This document shows positions 51,901 through 64,000 of a DNA stretch of 64,000 nt, in pieces. The position numbers and the translations under genes are program-made. The notes under the pieces are model-generated. The model was not told where the DNA came from. It made no database searches and saw only the letters and a program-made list of their open reading frames with translations. Numbering within the stretch: position 1 is the stretch's first letter; each line of letters starts with the position of its first letter. The stretch comes from Paragordius varius (lineage: Eukaryota > Animalia > Nematomorpha): NCBI GenBank assembly GCA_964247055.1, contig OZ176053.1, positions 8,122,001-8,186,000 of the forward strand, in the 5' to 3' direction.

Positions 51901-54477
51901 CAGTAAATATATTTTATTTTCACGTTATTATACGACGAATTCCTCATCATTATTGCAAACCCTCGTCGTTAAATACTCAATTAAAACAAACTAAGAATAT
52001 TTAAAATGAAAAAAATAAACAGTCTTAGATAACTCTGTAATGTAATGTCTAATTTATCAATGTTGTGTTTTTATTTTCCTTTTTTTTGATTCTCTATTAA
52101 AAATTTACTTATCTTACATATATTAAGGTTTTCACAAATGGAATATTTAAAACATTCATTTTTGGCTTACAACACCGAGTCAAGGATGTTGGCACAACAA
52201 ACAAGAAGCGTTTCCTATCAAAAATTAACACTGTAGCTCCAAAAACTTACCCAAAGGATAATAAGAATAATGTGTTATTGGGTAACAAAAAAATATTCTT
52301 TACAAATGTTAAAAGCAGTAATAAATGGCCATTTGAACAAGAAACGTCAACAACTCCAAATAATACGACTGAAGAAACTATTGCACATTCTTATCACTAC
52401 ATTGATGCCATAACTTTGGAATCTGCTAATCATACACAAGATCAGGTTTTTTTTAAAAGATTTTTATTAGAAATAATAGGGATTGAAAACGAGTTTGTTC
52501 TATTTTCATAACTACTGTTTCCAAAATATACCATTTACACTTCATAACTTTAAGTTGGCTATCCTTGAACATTTCAAGTTTCCTGAACATTTCAATTGGC
52601 CCTTCGATACTTCGATTGATCCCTAATTTTTTGAAACTTGCGTATGACCATCATTTCTGCATGTTTTTATCTATTTTTAACAAATATCTTTATTTATTAA
52701 TATATTTTTATTTAAAATAAACATTTTCATTAAATAAAAACCTTTTTTGTTTCCAACTATTTTTTTTAATTTGACAATATTTGTATCATATTAATGTATT
52801 TAGCTAAAAATTACACCACAAAATTCAAAAAAATTTACCCTTTTAATATTAAGATAATTAAAAAGTTTTAAGATATTGATAATGATATACGGTTCTTGAA
52901 TGACAAAATGTTGATATCCCTTTAAAAGATTAGGTTAAACAAAGATAATAGGACAAAAATGGTAGGATAGCTGATTAATTAATGGTTTGATTGGATAAAA
53001 GTTAGAAACAAAATATTGAAGGGCCAACTTTAAGTGTTTAAGGACATTTTTGAAGAGCAAATGGTATATTTTTTAAAGTTATAGCATTCGGTCTACAAAC
53101 GGGTAATTAGAATTTAATTTATATTTTATCATCTGTACGAATAGAATAAAGCACCACCAAATCGCGTTGCTTCAATAAATTCACCTTTGGATAGTAACAA
53201 GGATATCAATAGTTTTCAATCGGTTAATCGCTCGATACCTACCCCAAGCACTCTGCTATATAATACCAAATCTCCTGTTGTAAATAATAACGGTTTCGGT
53301 TTTTCCCTAATATCTCCAATGAGTAATAATGCTAGTATGTTGATTGAAAGTGATCCCATATATTATACACACATTTTGCGTTCGAATGGGTTACCCTCAC
53401 CCTTTATTCTTACACCTTTGGGCGGCCCTTCACACCTTAATCATCAATTATACGGTGTTGGTGGTGGCTGTTTTAGTTTTGGAGACAGGAGTGATGATGT
53501 TGAAAGTCGTAGAATGTTATTAAGCTCTGAGGGTGGGAATTTCGATGGTTCTTCTGTTCCCGAGCCTTTAACTCCGGCCCCAGCAATCGAGTGGAAAGCT
53601 TCCACACCATTCAGTAACTTGAGCATCAATAATAATATTCATGGTGGAACAAACGCTTTTACATTTGATCCAAAACATCGGTATGAAAATGGAAGCGCTG
53701 TTGTACAAGCATGTGATGGAAAAAATGGGTATTTTAAATAGAGAAAGACTTAATAAGATCATATAACGAAACAATATAAAGTTTTAGAAAATATGTGTGA
53801 TATCATGATTATACGTTGTAACATTGTGTTTTATTTTCAATACAAGACTCGATATTGACTTTTGTGGAAGAATATATTATAAATCTGGCATAAAAACTAA
53901 AAAATAGGTTTCCGTTTTTATTTAAACAATATCTATTAAATATTTGGAGCTAAATGCAACCTAATTTTTTAAATATTGTTTTGGACTTTAGACTGGATTA
54001 TATAATATACTATTTAATTTTGGTATAAATAATATCTAAATAGATTAACTAGCAAATATAAAACTCTTTTATAAGCGTTGTTTTTATGAATGATATGAAT
54101 GCTATTATAGTACAATCCTAAATAATTAAAATTACAATGAAATGTCTACTGTCTCTAAGAATGATTAAACAGACTCGATGTTTTTTTTGCATTTGATAGC
54201 GTATCTTCCATATTTTCTTACATTGTTTTTAAAATTGGCTTGTTTCAATGATTTTAAAATTTTTATTGGTGTGAATATTTCATAATCGCGTGCGTATCTT
54301 GTAATTTTTAGCGCAAACAATGGAGGATTACAAAATTATTATAACATGATCAATTTGAAACACGGTAAATCAAACAGTACGGAATTTAAACCTTTAGCTC
54401 TACTAAATCAAAATACTCCAACCAATCAAAATGATATAACAAACATTCCAACCACAAATTGTGAATCCATAGTTTAA
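39047..54477 (+). CDS. EGFR/ErbB-family receptor with predicted inactive (pseudo)kinase domain, ~2118 aa, 27 exons
   Basis: Manually joined exons (6357 nt, all phases consistent): signal peptide MNSLWYALVWIVCWFETILS (39047-39119), L1 (CDGIETHYFGHYNILKSMFTNCTHVKGSL), furin-like Cys-rich domain, L2, extended Cys-rich domain IV, TM (SVGIFLFVLFVLIIIWRRR, 47188-47326), kinase fold (KVIIK; WFYQLASAMRFL; TDAWSFGVTIWELISFGQIPY; CWLQYPHIRPSF), long tail ending ESIV* (54312-54477). No fibronectin III domains. Confidence 0.9.
42925..42965. repeat. (TA)n microsatellite
   Basis: Direct read; other (TA)n runs near 8795-8817, 28760-28780, 32100-32123, 41205-41221, 42735-42762 and 46525-46546. Confidence 0.9.
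44569..44905. mobile_element. hAT-family MITE in an EGFR intron (right end degenerate)
   Basis: Left end CAGGGGTGTCCAACACGC resembles 26172; right end not cleanly defined. Confidence 0.55.
48373..48700 (+). repeat. Tandem duplication (~170 bp) of an exon end plus adjacent intron
   Basis: ttacagacaaatggaaatcccatgagtatatttcat...aagttaatgttttt occurs at 48373 and again at 48546, the second copy with a small internal deletion. Confidence 0.85.
52527..53068. mobile_element. TIR element with TATACCATTT ends in an EGFR intron
   Basis: aaaaTATACCATTT...AAATGGTATAtttt, subterminal inverted aagttggc/gccaactt, internal cct(t)gaacatttcaa repeats. Confidence 0.55.
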
Positions 54478-55163
54478 TCACCAAATGCCAAATTTTTATT
54501 AGATCTCTCTCTATCTCATATGTGCCTATATATCCTTATACATTTGTTACCAAGTTAATCATGTTATTACATATATATTATATAGTTTTTTATATATGCA
54601 AAATATAATATAATCGCCATTTTCTACGTTTTATATTAAAATTTTATATAAAATAGATTTTACATAGCCATGAATCATTTATTATATGAAATAGATTTTA
54701 TATATTAATATTATGAATCTCTTAAATATAGTCTGTTCAATGAAATATATTATAAATATATATTATATAAATTAAATGCCTCTAAATTTTGTTAATACAT
54801 CAGTGGAATGAATATTCTTAAAACAACATTCTCTGACTCTTCATGTTATTTAACAGTGCTTCTAAATTGATTAGCTTATGCTTGCTAATCATGCACTTTT
54901 CCGACGTTACGTTTTAATAGGGTTAATTTTTTGTTATAATCGTTTAAAAATACCACCTTTTTTCCATTAGCTGTATAACATAATATATTTTTAAATATAG
55001 TTATTTAATTTTTGGTTAAAAAATGCGGTTTAAACACATTAATATTTGGTTCGATTCTATTTTGATGGAATATCCAAAAATCAATAATTTTGGCTATAAA
55101 CGCAATTTGGAATTTTGAGTTTTTAAGGTTATCGTAAAGAAATTTTCTATTTTTAAATTTATT

Positions 55164-57995
55164 TTAATGTAATTGCATATATTGTAAGAGTTGTCGTACT
55201 GACCGCAATTCATTAACAGGTATGTTATATTTGATGATGGCAATAGATGCCAAACATTTGAGATTAACATTTTTGAGAGGATATGACCATGTTTGCCCAA
55301 TAATAGTTATGCCCGCTTCTCGTCCTAATTTGTTCATAGCATCGTAATGGGATCCGTTTCGAAGCAACATTTTAATAATTTGAATCATGATAAAATCTTC
55401 GGGCAAGAGTGCAGCCAAATGAAGTGGAGTATTTTTAAGAATATCTCGAGCATTTAGATTAGATCCCGTTTCTATTAAAAGCTTAGTTACATTAAGGCAA
55501 GGAAATGTTGTTTTTGGGTGATAATATCCAAAGGTTGAACTATCCAAACACAAATGCAAAAGAGTAGAGAGTGAGTTTGTCACAGGATTCATTTTTAAAA
55601 GGGTATAGAGAAGACAACGAAACTCCTGTATTTCAGTATCTTTCGGATGTTCAGTGAAAAATGAAACGTGAAATAAGTACAACATATTCATGAGCGTTTT
55701 TTTAAAATATTGTTCTTGGACGACAGAACTCGGTTTTATGTTGAGATATGAAATGGCTGCTGGCATTTCTTTAGCCATGACTTTTGCTATCCGCATTATA
55801 ATTGACATATTGATGGGTTCATTTATTATGGATTCTTTGTACTTTACCGACATCTCATTCAGGACTATACATATGGTTTTCCCGGTAAACACTGTGTCCG
55901 GGTGAAAAATTGCGTCGGAGCGCAGTCTAATCTCCAACACATAAATCCATATAAGGAGACATTTGTTGAATTCATTGAGATCGGCATATACTGCCCCGCG
56001 GTATAACAGACGATATATGGTTTCGCGATGAGTTACGCCCAAAACTCGTTCGGAAATAAGCAGAGAGTTTAAATGCATAACTTCACTGTCATATCTAATT
56101 AATTCAATGTCATCTGGCGTATTAAATTCATCCAGTCCAAAAGATGTTAGACAATGATTTTGCAAATGTTGTTTTGGCAGACGCTTTTCTTTCCTCAGAG
56201 TTATGGCTTCAAGCCAAAAATGTACAGCCACCGACATATCATGGATTTTTTCGAGAATACTAGATCCCAACAATTCATATTGGTTTGCAATGTGTTCAAA
56301 ACTGTATTTTGGGCTTTGAGCTAAGGGTTCAAACATTTTTACAAGACCCATAATTGCGGATGTTTGAATGGCATCATCTCCAAAAGCTGTTTTTAATGTT
56401 ACATCAGATCCTGATTCCATTAGAAATGTCACTGTATCTAACCGATTTTCCTGTACAGCATAATGCAATGCAGTTTTTCCATGCATATCTTGTGCATTTA
56501 TACAGGCTCCGTGTTTTATTAGCAATTTTATCAGGTCAATATTTTGGACAGAGTTAATGAGACAAGTACCACCGTGTACATTTGGTATATTGACATCGGC
56601 CCCCTTTTCCAACAAATATTTTACGACATCAATCCTATTCATGTAACATGCGGACCGTAAAGGTGTCGATCCCGAATCAGATGAGGCATTCACATCGGCT
56701 TTTCCTATCAAATATATTTTAAAACTCAAGGGATATCAAAAGTAAACAGTTTATGGCAATAGTTTACGCCCGACCATGTTTTGATGATTATTTACGGTTT
56801 AAATTTATCATATATAATAATCCTAAATACACGAATCAAACCTTTTATTTGTGGTTTTAAAAACAAGTCCTCAAATAAAACTGTATCAAACTAATCTGGA
56901 ATTAGTGAAAAAAACCTCTTTATATTATCAAGATATTGGATTATAAATATTTATTTAATTATCCTTAACAAATATTAACGACTAAAGCAGACATATTATA
57001 ATTATAATAATGACAATTTAAGATTGTGAAAGTATACGAATATAAAGAAATTTTGTTCAATACTTAATTTTAATAAATTAATGTAAAATTTTCTTTAATT
57101 TTAGTTTTAAAACTGAATGCATGGCCTTTGGTCATTTTACGAAAGGCCAATTAAATAAAAACTTGGTTTTGAACCGATAAAGAGTCAACGGATTAATTTG
57201 TCGTTTTTCGTTAAATAGAACGCCCAAAACTGGAACCGTTTCCAAGTTGATCATACCTACTAATAATATCCATTTTTATTACAAACACTCTGGAAAACAA
57301 AATTGAGATTAAAGTATATTCTACAGGTACACAGGTGTAAGTGTATTTATATAAATCTGAAGAATGCAGTCGAAATTAAAATGAAAAAATGACCAATCCA
57401 AATGCCAACTTTAGAATATAAAAACTTGTAATAAAACAATGTTGCGAAAATATTTAATATTAATTTGATTCTATGAAGCGAGTCGCTTCAGCCAATTTAA
57501 AATAATTCAGCGTTAGCATGATGTAATTTGTTTATAATATAATTAATACCATTTGCATACTTAAGCAAATAAAAACGTAAAAGGCCAATTTTTGTAACAA
57601 TTAACTTTGTTATATAATGATTTAACCATACATATCAAACCTATTTCCACCAAAACTTGAATAATTGGTAAAAATCCTTTGATGCAAGCACACCACAAGG
57701 GCGTAACTATGTGTCTCGTAGTTTCGATTTCCTCAATTTTTAGAAGACATTTTTGTTCTACATCCGCATAACAATCTTTCACTAAGAATCGAATTATATC
57801 CTTTTTTGCATTGTTGGAAACGGCTACAAATAAGGGAGTTAAAAAGCTTCTCTGATGGCAAACAATTTGTTTTCGAGTGTTTGGGGGATATGATAAGAGT
57901 GTTCGCCGTAAATTGGGACTAATTTCAGGTATGTTTCGAAGAAGTCCTTCGAATAAACGATCGATTATAGTAGTTTCGGGATGTTGAAATGACAT
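55164..57995 (-). CDS. fem-1: Protein fem-1 homolog (ankyrin/TPR Cul2 substrate receptor), 631 aa
   Basis: Exons 57995-57641 and 56704-55164 join in frame; VTPLWCAC, SDSGSTPLRSAC, GGTCLINSV ankyrin repeats, LIYRGAVYAD-like TPR region (LLYRGAVYAD) and C-terminal LKCLASIAI...LH* box typical of FEM1 proteins. Confidence 0.93.
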
Positions 57996-59243
57996 TAAAA
58001 GGTAATTATTTAGAACACAAGTGTTCTTTATTCATATAGTCAGGTATAATTAATAATTTTTCGTAATGAAAAAATAGCCGTACCTTTAAATTTTAAAAAG
58101 CTGTGCAGTAATAACAAATTTGGAAAATTTTAGTTGACTTCCTTTTATTAGTTGTTTATTGGATTTTCGGGGTTGTTGTCCTAATTAATTGCATTTTATT
58201 ATACTGATGCCTCAAATTTGCCGCTAAGTAATTGTTAATCGCTTAAAAACAGGCAAATGAAAACGAATTAAGTTGAAAATAAATTTATTAAAATGTAGTA
58301 GTTATTCCTTTAGTATAAATTTTTGCCAATTATTTTGAAAACCACTGTTTTTCCAGTCAAACTTAATTAAAGACAGTAATTTCACAAAACTGTCTAATAT
58401 ACAAACGTAAAATTAAATTATATTTTTACAAAATAACTTTTAATAATAAGATCGGTGTAATGAACCTCAAATGTAATGAAGTATGGTATTAATTTAGAAT
58501 AATCATTATATTAGTTATTATTGGAAAGCATTAAAGGGGATTTTATGTATAAATTTACAAAAGTAGTATCTTATTGTTATAATTTCCCAAGCAAATCTAT
58601 TTATATTTTATTGAAAATAAGGTTAAAAAATCTTTTTAATTGTATTACATCAGTAAACTACAATAAGCTTTGAAAAATAAGGGCCAAAGCAAAATTAAAA
58701 AAATTGAAATATTTTCCATTTTCCAGTAAAATCATAAATTTTCACGAGTTTAAAATTACGGCAAATATTATTAAAATATCAAAAATTCGCGTTTACAAAA
58801 AAATAAAAATATATTTTATAAAGGTTTTACTAGTTAACTATGAGGAAAGAATGTTTATTATCTAGATAGTTTCGGAGTGCAGTATATATTATTTATTACA
58901 ATAAATACCTAACATAATGAGCTACAAATTAACAGCGCCTATAAATTAATTTGCTTTATAATCGTTTAAAATTAAATGTAACTTCGTATTTTCTGGGTAT
59001 TTTGGAGTACCCATAATGATTTTATTTTGATATTAAAACTTATTGAATGATTTAGTTGCATATGTGGCTTTTTGATGAGGTATTTCATATTAAATTTTAT
59101 TCATAGAACAAATTAATGAAAGGCAATTATTAGTCAGAAATCAGAACTTTAAGATCCCTAAAATAATTAAATATAAACAAGTATACAACACAATCAAATT
59201 TATTCAATATCTCATTATTTATAAATTTTATCTAATAATCTTA

Positions 59244-62200
59244 TTATCTTCGATGTTTATGTTTCTTCTTTTTGGGCGGCGAATCAGGTGTACGTTTTCT
59301 TTTGCTATAAATTCATAAAAATATATTGAGAAATAATATAGGCTAAGCCAGAATAAAAATTGACAATAATTTTATTTGAGAAAATTTAAACTAAATATGG
59401 ATGGGTTTTTGACCGGAAAACAAAAATAACCTAACTGCTTGAGGGGCGTTCAGGATTATAACCAGTTTAGAAATATAAGTACAATAGATTGTTATATATA
59501 TTGTAATAAATCTTCATCTGAGGAATAATTTAAATTAGATAGTGTCGAATCTTACATAACTATATAATAACATTACCCAAGAGTATCTTACAGGCTAAAA
59601 ATATAAAAGTGGGTGATTAGATGGAAACATCTTTTTTCTATAAATTGATAAATAATAATGACACCATCAAGACTAGAGATTCCTTGACAACACCTAAGGA
59701 TCAATAAGAGCCATCATGTATAAAACTATGAAACAACTTACTGTTTAACTTTTTTGCGCTCTTCCTTATCCTTTTTATTATGTTTGGGTTTGATTTTGGG
59801 TTGAGGTTCTTCTGGTTCAGATTGTTCAGAATCATCGTCGCTGGTAGAAGAAGCCAGGGCTTGTAAAGCGGCCGCTTGAAGCATGGCTTCATGTTCTTTT
59901 GCTTCATTCAATTCCTTTTGAGCTGCTTTAGTCGAAGCGAGATGGACACGCAAATCTTCACTAAAACAAACATGTAAAATATATTTTATTTAGTGTAAAG
60001 AAAACAACAAACACACTTTTAATATACCATTTCCCAGTCTAAATAAACGTTTTCCCAGTCAATCGAAACATTTTCCCAGTGAATCGAAACGTTTTCCCAG
60101 TCAATCGAAACGTTTTCCCAGTCAATCGAAACAATTTCCCAGTCAATAAAAACATTTTCCCAATCAATAAAAACGTTTTCCCAGTCAATAACGGTTTTAT
60201 TTTTGATGATAAGTATCAAAACAAGATAGAAAAATAACATTTAACCATTATCAGCGTAATATTAGGACATTATTTTTTATAAAATCACAATTATTTAATG
60301 ACAATATTTCCTATATATTCCAATACACAATCATTAATAATTTATTCTTTAAAAGCTATATTTTATTAACTAGAAGAATATTTTATGGTTTTTAAGTATT
60401 TTTAAGAAAATTTAATAATTTTTTTATTTTATCGATGGTTTGCATTAATATTCGAGGCTAACTTTTAAAGTCTATAGTTACGGATAATAAAATTTATAAA
60501 AATATACCATTTTTATCTCAAATTGGTCATTTAACACTTCATATTGGGTCTTAAACATAAATTTTACCCTATTTTTTATATTTATCATTTGGTTCATCGC
60601 AGCCTAAGGCGGCCTTCCGAATCTTTGTGCGGCCCGCGAAAAATTTGGAAAACCAATGCAAAAATTTGCCAACAAGATCTTAGTAAAATTCATATTTCTT
60701 ACGCTATTATTCTAATGAGTCTATAAAATTGACAACGAATTAAAAAATTCTTATGTTTAAGATCGAATAAATTGTTTATGAATGTCCTTATATAATACGA
60801 ATTCGGAACGCCGTGCTTTTTGAGTTAAAAATGTGGCCCGCAAAGCCATTGTGTTAGAATATCCTTTTTTATAAAATATTTTTACATGAAATACATATAT
60901 AAAACCATGTTTTGTTCAAATTTTTTTCCGACAGTATTTTTTACACAATTCGAAGACATGTTTATGATCCAATTTGAAGTGTTAAATGACCAATTTGAGA
61001 TAAAATGGTATATTTTTATAAATTTTATTATCCGTAACTATAGACTTTAAAAGTTAGCCTCGAATATTAATGCGAACCATCGATAAAAAAAAAAATATTA
61101 AATATTTTCTTAAAAATACTTAAAAACCATAAAATATTCTTCTAGTTAATAAAATATAGCTTTTAAAGAATAAATTATTAATGATTGTGTATTGGAATAT
61201 ATAGGAAATATTGTCATTAAATAATTGTGATTTTATAAAAAATAATGTCCTAATATTACGCTGATAATGGTTAAATGTTATTTTTCTATCTTGTTTTGAT
61301 ACTTATCATCAAAAATAAAACCGTTTTTATTGACTGGGAAAACGTTTTTATTGATTGGGAAAATGTTTTTATTGACTGGGAAATTGTTTCGATTGACTGG
61401 GAAAATGTTTCGATTGACTGGGAAAACGTTTCGATTGACTGGGAAAACGTTTCGATTGACTGGGAAAACGTTTCGATTGACTGGGAAAATGTTTCGATTG
61501 ACTGGGAAAACGTTTATTTAGACTGGGAAATGGTATACATAACCATAAAGTGTTTCTAAAGATATTAGCGTAGATCCGAAGGTTTTTAGTTACAATGTAA
61601 GATTTAATTCACAAAAGTCAACTTTGGTTAAGTTAGTAGTGTTAAAATCATTGTTATTTTTATAAATTATAAAAATATTAAAAAAAGTTTATTGAAATGT
61701 GGCGTAAAAATTAAAATATATAAATATTGGGTAACGAACCCTAAAAATATATTTTCTTACGTTAGTGGACCCAAACCAATAGTAGTGAAAAAATTAATGG
61801 CCATTATCGTATTTTGAGGGTCATCTTTGGGGAAAAGACCTTGAAAACTTTCCTCCATGAATCTAAACGTAAAAAATATTAGGCCTATGAGTAATAATTT
61901 TTATAAACTTTCATAAAATTTGGGTAATTAAATAAGAAATTTGGGTACGGATCCGAAAGACGAGCTTTTAAGGTCTCCATTCCCATAAATTCGGCTAATT
62001 CTTGAAATACGCCTTTTATCAATATTCGACTGGACGACGTGGTTTCAGGGTTAGTGAGTTGAACACATTCAAAAGCCTACAATATATTATTTTTAGCCAA
62101 TATGATATTATTTTATCCGTCTGCATCAGTATTCTAAATATATATTTTTTTAATTAAGTAATATATAATTTTAACCGTCAAGTTGATATATGTAATAAAA

Positions 62201-63911
62201 TATTTTTTTGATAAGTATAACAACCAAATACATAATTTTAAACAAAGTTTTTTAGATAAAAGAATAGAATTAACCTTCCAGGATATAGAATCCGAATCCA
62301 AAAGGTGTGCAAAGAATTTAGCCATATTTTTAATTTTTGCGCTCTCTAATCGATGAACCGTATTGTAGCTTTGGACAAATAAATTTTGGTAAATATCCTG
62401 GTATTGTAGATTGATTTTACAAAATCTCTGCCCAAAAAAGAAAATAAATAATATTTAAATTACATAAATAATTAAAATTTTTCTTTTCAAATAATATTTA
62501 CCTCGGCTAAAAGGCCAAAAAACTTTTTGTAAGTCCTCTCTTGTGCACAACAATCAAGAATCATAGCCGCTAACTCTTCCTAATGTATATTACAAAAATG
62601 ATAAATTAAATGTTAAAAAATTTCAAATATTAAGTAAGTTTTTCTAAAAAGATGCCTATCCTATTAAAAGAAATATTGATAGGTACATCACCAAAGGTAT
62701 AATAATGATATCAAGATAAATACATAATCAGATTATATTATCTTTCCAACAATAAAATTATAACATTTAATTTTATTATTATGATTTATCAAACCTCTAA
62801 ACCAGGTTTAATATCAAGTTTCAGCAATTTATGGGCACATTCATCGTGAGAAAGGGAGGAATGAATAGTAAGGTATATGGTTCTGCGAAAAGCTACTAAA
62901 TTTGTTTCAGTGCTATCCACGATAACTTCTGAAAAATGTAAAATAGTAGTTTATAATTAAAAAAAATATTTCACAATTAGTCAATAATAATATAGATACC
63001 TTATAATAAATTTAAAAATACTTCGCGCTATAAAACAAATTATAAAATAATATTTAACTTAAATTTAATCGATTTAAATTAACCACAGAGATAACATAAC
63101 AGTAAAAATAAAATTTATATAAACAAAAAGTAAAAACAAAAAATATATTTTTTGTAAAGACAGCCGTACTTTTTATACTTTTATTTTGACATATAACCTA
63201 AATGATAAGAGTTATGAACTATAGTTAAGAAAATTGTGTACATTATTCCTTATTTTGCGACCCAAAACATTAAGTTTTATTTGAAAATATCGACGAGAGA
63301 AAAAATTCGTTTTTTAGTTCCGATGCTTAAATTAAAAATTTCAATATTTATCGTATCTCAATACAATGATTTTTACTTTCTTCCTCTGCATTTTCCGCAT
63401 CGCTTCCGGATTCGTCACTTTCCTCATCATCTGAGCCAGGCAAAATTTCCTTTTTAATCTCCTCATACTTACTTTCGGCCGTCTCAAAATTTTTGTCAAA
63501 TTTAAATACATCTAAAAGTATAGAAAAATCGATAATATATATATAAGTTTTATATGGTTTATATGTCTTTAAAAGAATATTAAAAAGTTATGCTACGATT
63601 GCAAAATAATAAACAGGCATGTGATTGTTATGCGGTAACATATGGTTTAAACGTACCTATTGTCGGTATTTCAATTTTAGCATACTTAAACAGTGAATTT
63701 ATTATTTTAATGGGAAAACAGACTAAATTTAACAAAATACGCTACTATACATATACTTTCACATATCTGACTAATCACTTTAGTATGGAACAATTTATTA
63801 GCATATACTTAGGATATCTTGTGTCTCAATATCTTCGTCCAATGTTACCATGTGGGTAAATTGATCATCCTCCTCAATCAAGTTTAATTCATCGAGTATG
63901 GCAGGATAATC
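59244..63911 (-). CDS. CWC22: Pre-mRNA-splicing factor CWC22 (3' part; gene continues beyond the window)
   Basis: Minus-strand exons encode [122 protein letters not shown] (MI/MA3 domain) and a Lys/Arg-rich tail ending KHKHRR* (stop 59244-59246). Confidence 0.95.
60023..61537. mobile_element. Foldback element with ~500-bp near-perfect arms and a 21-bp minisatellite, inside a CWC22 intron
   Basis: TATACCATTT...AAATGGTATA ends; 8 (left) vs 10 (right) copies of ttttcccagtcaatcgaaacg with mirrored variant order; the centre carries a TTAA-flanked 447-bp insert (60535-60981) with hAT-like GCGGCCCGC motifs. Confidence 0.85.
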
Positions 63912-64000
63912 CTAAAATAATAATTTACATATTATATAATTTTAAATTAAAAACATATTATATATCAAATATTTATCATTTTATGCAACATTGATTTTGA

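Noticed and set aside
51879-51904. Possible extra EGFR exon (ILWRKFEN)
   Set aside because: Phase is incompatible with the next exon; direct 51755-52128 splicing keeps the frame.
39047-54477. Insulin/IGF receptor interpretation
   Set aside because: L1-CR-L2 is followed by more Cys-rich repeats rather than FnIII domains, and the kinase C-lobe is EGFR-like.
60019-61559. ORFs with IDWENVS heptad repeats (60019-60240, 61275-61559, 61330-61521)
   Set aside because: Translation of a 21-bp minisatellite in both arms of a foldback inside a CWC22 intron; no independent coding evidence.

Overview
Very AT-rich (GC visibly low) eukaryotic, most likely invertebrate animal, genomic DNA with spliceosomal GT-AG introns. 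No prokaryotic features; the species cannot be identified from sequence alone. Nine protein-coding genes were reconstructed by hand: an MP20/myophilin-type calponin (5'-incomplete), two related Tyr/Ser-rich low-complexity proteins, an orphan single-pass membrane protein, V-ATPase accessory subunit Ac45 (ATP6AP1) head-to-head with SAP18, a 27-exon ~2118-aa EGFR-family receptor, fem-1, and the 3' part of CWC22. Intergenic DNA and long introns are full of non-autonomous DNA-transposon derivatives (hAT-like MITEs and palindromic foldback elements). Main points of interest: (1) the EGFR-family receptor is a predicted pseudokinase (no Gly-rich loop, HRD->HAF, DFG->DYY) with a shortened dimerization arm, large insertions and an intact docking tail (YENG, YYNM, PDZ-type ESIV end); (2) six ultra-short 22-26 nt introns coexist with kb-sized introns; (3) the Ac45 and SAP18 start codons are only 45 bp apart; (4) a pair of apparently non-secreted proteins with ~45-50% Tyr+Ser and a shared C-terminal motif; (5) a candidate compact SRP-like structured RNA; (6) a ~1.5-kb foldback in a CWC22 intron interrupted exactly at its symmetry axis. 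All gene models are manual and unverified by transcripts.
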